Source: Chiloscyllium plagiosum
Lineage: Eukaryota
Assembly (NCBI RefSeq): GCF_004010195.1
Contig: NC_057718.1
Location: 591,773-636,999 of the forward strand
DNA: 45,227 bases
Reading direction: 5' to 3'
Shown here piece by piece: positions 37,578-45,227 of the stretch. The position numbers and the translations under genes were made by a program. Position 1 is the first letter of the stretch. The number at the start of each line of letters is the position of its first letter. The notes beneath the pieces were generated by a model that was given only the letters and a program-made list of their open reading frames with translations, searched no databases and was not told where the DNA came from.

Positions 37578-37599
37578 TTAACTGCCATATTTCCACTGA

Positions 37600-38325
37600 G
37601 CAGATGAACTGCACCCCAGAGTTCTGAAGGAGATAGCAGAGGGGGTTACAAAGGCATTGGTGGTGGTCATTCAGGTAGGGTCAAAGAGGATTTTAGAATT
37701 ACTAATGTAACACCCCTGTTTAAGAAAGGAAGGAGGCAGAATACAGGAAATTATATGGCGGTTGGCCTGATTGCGGCCATTGTTAAGATTTTAGAGTTAA
37801 CTTTTTAAAGGGTAAGATTGCAGAGTACTTGGAAGTGTGATGTAAAATAGGGCTGAAACAGCACAGCTTCATAATAGGAGATCATGCTTGACAAATCTGA
37901 AGAAGTAATGAGCAAGTTAGACAAAGGAGAACCAGAGGACATGATCTAATTGGATATCGAGAAGGTCTCTGACAAGGTGCCGCACAGGAAGCTGCAAAAT
38001 AAGGTAAGAGCCCATGGTGTTAGCGGCAAGGCACTGGTATAAATAGAGGATGGGTGATTGGCAAAAAGCAGAGAGTGGACATAAAGGGATCTTTTTCAAG
38101 GTGGCAACTGGTAACTAGTTGAGTTCTGCAGGAGTCAGTGTTGGGAAACAACTATTCATGTTATACATTAACAATCTCGAAGAAGAAGAAATTGAGGGTC
38201 TTGTTGCTAAGATTTCAGGTGACACAGAGATTGGTGGAAGGACAGGTGGTGTTGAAGAAGGAGGGAAGACTATAATGAACTTGGACAGGAAGTGGCAGAT
38301 GGAATACAGTGTTGGAAAGTGGCCA
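37600..38325 (+). mobile_element. Decayed CR1 RT fragment
   Basis: LHPRVLKEIA, NVTPLFKKG, DKVPHRKL, KWQMEYSVGK remnants. Confidence 0.8.
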
Positions 38326-38629
38326 TTCGAGGTCCAGAGTATCTTCTCAATTCTGCTCTATTTTTGTCAAAGCAAAAGAGGTCAACAAGGAAATTGTCCC
38401 TGTACATGATGAATAAAACAATGACAAGGCATCATTACAACTTACAGGATGTCATGAACAATGAAGATGTGGGTGACATTTGTATCAATTACTTCATCTT
38501 CTTCAATTAGCTGAAATTCCAAAATTGGCTGGGTTGATGATGTTCACTTGAGAATGAGAAAATAGCAAAAAAAAAATAACCTACCTCTCAATTTTAAAAA
38601 ATCGTTTCTTTTTTTCCCTTTCCATTATA

Positions 38630-39470
38630 ACACTTCAGGACACACAACAATGCAGAGCTGCCAGAGACTCATCACCATGTTCAGTACCCATGAGGATGGC
38701 CTCAACCGGGGTATTGGGTTCATGTCACACTACAGATGACTCCGCCACACTACACACTCAGACGCATACTCATACACATGGACACACACGCGCACACTCA
38801 CACAAACACACTCACACAGGCCTTCTCTCATACACACACACACTCACTCACTCTCTCATAGGCATATAATCTCTGATACTGGTGCACAGTGTCTCTCAAA
38901 CACAGGCTCTCACACACATATACAGTACTCCCTCACACACACCCTCCCTCCTTCTCCCACACATACATACACACCTACATCCTCTGACACACAATGCACT
39001 CTCTCCCTTGCAAATCTATGGGGTGAAATTGCAGTTTTGAATTTGCAGGTACATTTAATTTTATTCAAAAAGTACACAATCTGCAGACAGTCAACGTGTC
39101 ATTTTATAAATTCCTACTTTGAAAATAACATCAGTCTAGCTCCAGGATGAGATACGAACAGACTTGAAACGTGGTCTCACCTAAAATGCTTTGTCTGACG
39201 TGACCTTTATTCTGATAAAACCTGATATTATATTGGGGCAGGGGTTTATCTATTAATGCACCTCCATTCTAACTCATTAAAGACTTAATAGCTATCTAGG
39301 TTAATTCAATACATTTGCATAAGTTCTATGACCCTTTGATCTTTCACTATAAATTCTGTGTGCGATGTATTCTCTCTCAGTAGCTGCATGGGGAAGGAGA
39401 AGGCGCTCCGCAATCTTACGGTTTCACATTAAACCGGTGTGGGACTTTTCACTTTGTCAAGTCTAACACC
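38630..39470 (+). mobile_element. Penelope-like element 3' end (GIY-YIG C-terminus, CA-rich tract, decayed terminal repeat)
   Basis: QRLITMFSTHEDGLNRGIGFMSHYR* with the GLN motif; GAAGGAGAAGGCGCTCCGCAATCTT at ~39392 is a decayed version of the 14578-14602 box. Confidence 0.65.
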
Positions 39471-39482
39471 TCCACAGCATAT

Positions 39483-39496
39483 CCAGTAGAGGGCAG
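39483..39496 (+). promoter_or_regulatory. CTCF core motif upstream of RPL7L1
   Basis: CCAGTAGAGGGCAG, full match to CCASYAGRKGGCRS. Confidence 0.5.
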
Positions 39497-39596
39497 AGCT
39501 GAGGCAGAGCTTGTTGTAATCACACTCCTGTCCAGGCGGGGACAGCAGAGCGGCAACACTGAGACATGGACCATCTTGTCGCTCGTGACATCGTTG

Positions 39597-39861
39597 TTCA
39601 CGCATGTGTGTGAGCCGGGGAGGACCGTGATAGCGCATGCGTGTGAGCAGGGGAACCGTGCTGGCGCATGCGTATAGGCAGGAGGGGCGCAGGTCCGTGA
39701 TAGCGCATGCGTATTAGCAGGGGATGACCGTGACGGCGCATGCGTGTGAGCGGGAGTGGGGGCAGGACCGTGATGGCGCATGCGTGTGAGCGGGAGTGGG
39801 GCAGGACCGTGATAGCGCATGCGTGTGAGCAGAGGGCAAGGACCGTGATGGCGGAGAGCGG
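39597..39861 (+). promoter_or_regulatory. CpG-rich promoter tandem repeat (31-40 bp unit) with six NRF1-like GCGCATGCG sites
   Basis: GCGCATGCG at 39633, 39664, 39703, 39736, 39776, 39815; CpGs retained in an otherwise CpG-poor unique background. Confidence 0.8.
39848..39861 (+). CDS. RPL7L1: RPL7L1 coding exon 1 (MAES-G, phase 2)
   Basis: GTGATGG Kozak context, ATG GCG GAG AGC GG|gtgagt strong donor; phase matches exon 2. Confidence 0.8.
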
Positions 39862-39999
39862 GTGAGTGAGAAACGGGTTAGAGTGATTACAATCCGCCGC
39901 CATCCGCAGCTGGGACAGGCCACGTGGCCGGGCAGGCGGCGGCAACTGAAGATGCAAGGGCTGTTATTGGCATTAATCCGAAAGAAAATAATGTTGAAA

Positions 40000-40155
40000 G
40001 TCTCGGGCGGTTAGATTCCCGGATATTAGAGAACTATCAGTGGGTCGGTGCTGAGGGAGTGCCGCACTGTCGGAGGGTCAGTGCTGAGGGAGTGCCGCAC
40101 TGTCAGAGGGTGAGTGCCGAGGGGCTGTTAGCCCGTGATCTCTGTCTGCTCTCCG
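40000..40155 (+). mobile_element. Deu-domain SINE fragment with 33-bp internal tandem repeat
   Basis: GTGCTGAGGGAGTGCCGCACTGTCGGAGG repeated ~2.5x, resembling DeuSINE core. Confidence 0.55.
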
Positions 40156-40750
40156 TTACATTAAAGAAATTTTATGAGGCTTGAATGACAGTGACAATCT
40201 TCGTGAATTCTATGTACGTGTTGATTATTCTCAAGTCTCTCTGTCTTTGCACTCTTTGATCTTTTTATGTCTTTCAGCTCGTTATTGGCGCTGTCTTTCT
40301 GTGACTCAGACCAGACACTTTGGAAACCTGTCTCATAATATTCCAGAGTTACTGTCCACCTCCTTAACCAAACTCTTCATCACGCAATGTTACCTCCTTT
40401 GATTTGATTGGACTTATTATTGTTGTGTGTACCTAAGTACAGTGAAAAGTTTGGTTTTGCATACAGTACAGCAGATTATAACAAAAAATAATAGGGTTAT
40501 TGCACAGTCTAAAGAATACCAAGTTATATGCTGCAAAGAAAGTGTACAAAAAGTTAGATCAACATTAGATTTGAAATTTGAAGTCCATTCAGAAGTCTAA
40601 TAAAACGGAAGAACCTGTTGGTGTTTTGCTGGTCCTTTGGCTCAGCATCATCTATTTTCCCTTTACATTACCTTTTAAGTGGCTTGCACTTTTTAAAATA
40701 ATTAAACAGGCTGTTTTAGTGAAAATTATTGATAAGACACTGCTTTCTCT

Positions 40751-40873
40751 AAGAGAAAGTGAGGACTGCAGATGCAGGAATTCTTGATGAAGGGCTTATG
40801 CCCAAAAGGTCGATTCTCCTGGTCCTCGGATGCTGCCTGAACTGCTGTACTTTTCCAGCACCACACTACCAAT
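40751..40873 (+). mobile_element. Short Penelope-derived insertion with 12-bp TSD in RPL7L1 intron 1
   Basis: ACTGCTTTCTCT at 40739-40750 and 40874-40885; decayed TTGATGA-A-GGGC-ttat-GCCC-AAAA. Confidence 0.8.
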
Positions 40874-41197
40874 ACTGCTTTCTCTCCCATTATCTAATTG
40901 TCTATACATTCAAGAACTCATATCGCATAGTGAGTCCCAGGCAGTGTGGAGATCAAATAGAAGTTGGGAAGCTAACAATGTGTGCAGTGTTGAGGAAACT
41001 GAAACTGCACAACCATTTGCAGAAAGAGAAACCGTATCCTAGATACCCTTTAGGATCCCAAAGTGTAAAGGACCAATGCAGCCTCTCAAACTTTGAGGCA
41101 TCCTTTGCTTTTTCTTTGTTTTGAATGTGCTTTAATCTGAAGTCTGCAGATTTGATAATAAACTTGCTGTGTGTAATAAACATGTTTATTTTGTCAG

Positions 41198-41306
41198 GGA
41201 GAGGAGGAAGCTTCCACTTGTTCCAGAGAACCTACTGAAGAGGAGGAAGGTTTACCAGGCGATTAAAGCCACCCAGGCCAAGCAAGCTTTGCAGCAAAAG
41301 AGAAAG
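41198..41306 (+). CDS. RPL7L1: RPL7L1 (uL30-like) coding exon 2
   Basis: ttgtcag|[37 protein letters not shown]|gtcgga; matches RPL7L1 [29 protein letters not shown] (human, from memory). Confidence 0.92.
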
Positions 41307-41854
41307 GTCGGAATTATTTTCAGGGCACAGCTCGTCTGGCTTTACTTTGCCCACTCTCCCTGACTTGGTTGCTTTCTGTCTATCTCTCGCTCACATTCTG
41401 ACATACAGATACACACACTTTCTCCTCTTCAAGTTGTATTTGGACACTTACACAGCTGGGAACAAGTCCTTTTGTCCCCAAGTTGTTGTTTCTAATCCAA
41501 CTCTGGAATGCTGCACGTGATCCACCTGGACCAACCTTCCAGCCTAAGATATATGTTGCATAGATTTTATTTTCCTCTAATGTTAGATTTTCATGCAATT
41601 CTGTAATTTCAGATGAGAGGACTGTTCAGTGCATCATCTGGAATTCTCTCTTATTAAAGAAAATCTCTTCATTTTCCCATTGCTGCTCAGTTTCTGCTCT
41701 AACAGAACTCTAGATGTATTCACTTAACACACTTCGTTTTCCAGAACTGAATCATGCAATGCATCTTACCTCCTTTGACTAGAAACAGACTGATGTGAAA
41801 TTGTTGTCCATGTTCCTGTCCAATACGATTTTCCCCAACTCCATTAAATACTTA

Positions 41855-43190
41855 AGCATGATTTCCTTTTAACAAAACCATATTGGCTCTGCTTGATTAT
41901 CTTAAACTTATCCAAGTGCCCTATTATAATATCTTTAATCACAGCTTCTAACATTTTCCTATGAATGGATTACTGTGTGCAGTTCTGGTTATCACACTGT
42001 TGGAAGGATTGGAGTGCAGAGGAGATTAACCGTAGTGTTGCCTGGGATGGAAAGCCTCAGTTATGAGGAGAGACTGGATTTGTTGTTGTCTCCAAGCAGT
42101 GAACTAATCGAGTGGTTTGACCCAGTGTTACATTGTTACCGTTTCTGAGTACACTTGGTGCTGGTAATTATCCTGCTTTTGACTCTTAAAGGTATACCCA
42201 CATCTTCATAACATAAGCCAGTACTCTGTCTTCACTTTGGAAAAGAAGGGTGTAGGTACAGAATTTGGGAAGATGGGCTGTGAGGTTCTTCATGTTGACA
42301 TTGACAGTAAGGAGATATCGGTGGTTTTGGCAGGCTTGAAAGTGGTCAGGTCCCTAGATCGGGATCAGCTGTCAGAGGTGTAGAAGGAAATGACAGGGAT
42401 TCTGATTCAAGTTTTTAATTCCTCTTTGGCTACAGAGGGGGTGCCAGAGGACTCGAGGGCAGCTAATGTAGTTCTACTTTTCTGGTAGGGTTAAACCAGG
42501 GAACTACGGGTAGGGAAACTAATTCATTTTTGCAATAGTCTCTACTTGGAGAGGCAAATGGCTGAAGAAGGGCTTATGCCCGAAACGTCGATTCTCCTGT
42601 TCCCTGGATGCTGCCTGACCTGCTGCGCCTTTCCAGCAACACATTTTCAGCTCTGATCTCCAGCATCTGCAGACCTCACTTTCTCCTCAATGTGGAGTTC
42701 ATCCAAGCCTTTGGCCAGTCCCATATGGGCGCCTCATAAAGAAGGTAAAAGCACATGGGATCCAGGGGACTTGTCAAGATGAATGCATCATTGGTTTATG
42801 GTAGGAGATGGAATATGGGGGTGGGGGAAAACATGAGTTTGGCCACATGGTTAATTGAACAAAGAAGAACAGTATGTCACAGGAACGGGCGCTTCGGCCC
42901 TCCAATTATGTGCCAACACATTCTCCCCTTCTGTACTAAAACTGTCTTCACTTACAGGATCTGTCTACCTTGATTCCCTTCCTATCCATGTATTTGTTCA
43001 GGTGCTTCTTGAAGGCTGCTATTGTGTCTGGTTTCACCACCTCCTCTGGCAACATGTTCCAGAAACTTGCCACCCTTTGTGTGAAAAACTTGTCTCATAA
43101 ATCTGTTTTAAACCTCTGCCATCCGCACCTTGAACCTGTATTCCTGAGTAATTGACCCCTCCAACTGGGAAAAAGCCTTCTACCGTTTCT
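41855..43190. mobile_element. Old CR1 fragments in both orientations
   Basis: YCVQFWLSH..LPGMESLSYEERLD, GVPEDSRAANVVLLF and tail remnants. Confidence 0.6.
42562..42689 (+). mobile_element. Penelope-derived end starting at an intact hammerhead core
   Basis: CTGAAGA-A-GGGC-ttat-GCCC-GAAA-CGTC (42562-42589) followed by the full family 3' sequence; stem I partner appears truncated. Confidence 0.85.
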
Positions 43191-43808
43191 TCCTCTTCCA
43201 CCAATCCAACCAGTACCCTTCCACTGACACACTCAGTCCATTGGCTGAACTGCTCCTCACCCGCAACAATTTCTCCTTTGAATCCTCCCACTTCCTTCAG
43301 ACCACAGGGGTGGCCATGGGCCCCAGCTATGCCTGCTTCTTCATCAGCTACATCAGCACCATTTCCCCCCATCCCTTTCCTCCGCTACATCGATGTCTGT
43401 GTAGCTCCCACGAGGACATTGAATAGTTCATCAACTTCACAAACACCTTCCACCCTGACCACAAGTTCACCTGGACTATCTCGGTCACTTCCCTTCCTGG
43501 ACTTCTCTATCTCCATCTCCATCTATTTCTAACTCCATCTCCATTTCTGGCGATTGATTCAACACGGACGACTACTTCAATCCCACCGACTCCCACAGCT
43601 GCCTGAACTACAGCTCCTCCCACCCTGCCTCCGGTAAAAAAGCTATCCCTTATTCCTAATTCCTCTGCCTTTGTCGCATCAGCTCCCAGGAGGACCATTT
43701 CCACTCCAGAACATCCCAAATGGCCTCCTACTTCAAGGACTACAATTTCCCCTCGCATGTGGTCAACAGTGCCCTCCAGTGCATCTCCATCTCCTCCATC
43801 TCCACCCT
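43190..43808 (+). mobile_element. Penelope-like RT fragment
   Basis: AELLLTRNNFSFESSHFLQTTGVAMGPSYAC, FLRYID, LPFLD motifs; frameshifted. Confidence 0.85.
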
Positions 43809-43809
43809 T

Positions 43810-44895
43810 AAGACCATAAGATATAGGAGTGGAAGTAAGGCCATTCAGCCCATCGAGTCCACTCTGCCATTTAATCATGGCTAATGGGCATTTCAACTCC
43901 ACTTACCAGCATTCTCCCCGTAGCCCTTAATTCCTTGTGACATCAAGAATATATCAATCTCTGCCTTGAAGCCATTTAGTGTCCCGGCCTCCACCACTCC
44001 GCGGCAATGAATTCCACAGGCCCACCACTCTCTGGCTGAAGAAATGTCTCCGCATTTCTGTTCTGAATTTACCCCCTCTAATTCTAAGGCTGTGCCCATG
44101 GGTCNNNNNNNNNNNNNNNNNNNNNNNNNNNNNNNNNNNNNNNNNNNNNNNNNNNNNNNNNNNNNNNNNNNNNNNNNNNNNNNNNNNNNNNNNNNNNNNN
44201 NNNNNNNNNNNNNNNNNNNNNNNNNNNNNNNNNNNNNNNNNNNNNNNNNNNNNNNNNNNNNNNNNNNNNNNNNNNNNNNNNNNNNNNNNNNNNNNNNNNN
44301 NNNNNNNNNNNNNNNNNNNNNNNNNNNNNNNNNNNNNNNNNNNNNNNNNNNNNNCATTTGCTCACATTGAATTCCATCAGCCATTTCCTGGACCACTCTC
44401 CCAAACTGTCTAGATCCTTCTGCAGCCTCCCCCTTTCCTCAGTACTACCTGCCTGTCCACCTAACTTCATATCATCGGCAAACTTCGCTAGAATGCCCCC
44501 AGTCCCTTCATCCAGATCATTAATATATAACGTGAACACCTGCGGCCCCAACACTGATCCCTGTGGGACACCGCTTGTCACTGACTGCCATTCCGAAAAA
44601 GAACCTTTTATCCCAACTCTCTGCCTTCTGTCAGACAACCAATCCTCAATCCATGCCAGTAACTTACTTCGAACACCATGGGCCCTCACCTTACCCAGCA
44701 ACCTCCCATGTGGCACCTTATCAAAGGCCTTTTGGAAGTCGAGATAGACCACATCCACTGGGTTTCCCTGGTCTAACCTACTTGTCACCTCTTCAAAGAA
44801 TTCTAACAGGTTTGTCAGGCACGACATTCCCTTACTAAATCCATGTTGACTTGTTCTAATCTGACCCTGCTCTTCGAAGAATTTAGAAACCTCAT
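43810..44895 (-). mobile_element. CR1 LINE RT to tail (gap inside)
   Basis: SQHGFSKGMSCLTNLLEFFE, YLDFQKAFDKVPH, GVPQGSVLGP, KFADD. Confidence 0.93.
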
Positions 44896-45227
44896 TTGAC
44901 CACAATTCGGTGACTTTTACTCTAGTGATGCAGAGGGGTAAGTGTGCACTACAGGGCAAGGGTTATAGCTGGGGGCAGGGAAATTATGATGCGGTGAGGC
45001 ACGACTTAGGATGTGTGGCTTGGAAAAGTAGGCTTCAAGGGAAGGGCGTAATTGATATATGGAGCTTGTTCAAGGAGCAACTATTGAGTGTCCTTGATAA
45101 GTATGTACCGTCAGGCAGAGAGGAAAGGGTCGTGTGAGGGAGCCGTGGTTTAATAAGGAATTGGAATCCCTTGTTAAATGGAAGAGGGCGGCCTATGTAA
45201 AGATGAGGCGTGAAGGTTCAATTGGGG
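44896..45227 (+). mobile_element. CR1 ORF2 fragment (end of endonuclease/linker), runs off window
   Basis: DHNSVTFTLVMQ...GNYDAVRHDL...WSLFKEQLLSVLDKYVP, EPWFNKE. Confidence 0.8.

Noticed and set aside
41198..41306. Canonical RPL7 or a processed pseudogene
   Set aside because: [20 protein letters not shown] is the RPL7L1 signature; splice sites and a phase-compatible first exon are present.
43893..44959. Long ORFs spanning 44105-44354
   Set aside because: Inflated by N gap; underlying sequence is CR1.

Overview
Eukaryotic, repeat-saturated genomic DNA from a cartilaginous fish (HE1-type tRNA/V-SINEs and HER1/CR1-type LINEs point to a shark or ray); nearly all ORFs in the supplied track are repeat artefacts. 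The one intact host gene is the 5' end of RPL7L1 on + (exon 1 CDS 39848-39861, exon 2 41198-41306), preceded by a CpG-rich tandem repeat carrying six NRF1-like GCGCATGCG sites whose last unit supplies the start codon. Other content: an orphan, CpG-decayed DNA ligase 1 exon with both splice sites (18606-18698, -); four large tandem arrays (~39, 22, 52 and 14 bp units), two clearly and one possibly grown out of retroelement sequence; CR1, L2-like, Rex1/Babar, Tx1, Penelope and Harbinger remnants, partly nested; a family of short hairpin-shaped Penelope-derived insertions with 12-15 bp target-site duplications carrying minimal hammerhead ribozyme motifs; and an unassigned decayed protein-like segment split by two LINE insertions. 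Family assignments are from motif recognition only; no searches were run, and boundaries of old repeats are approximate.
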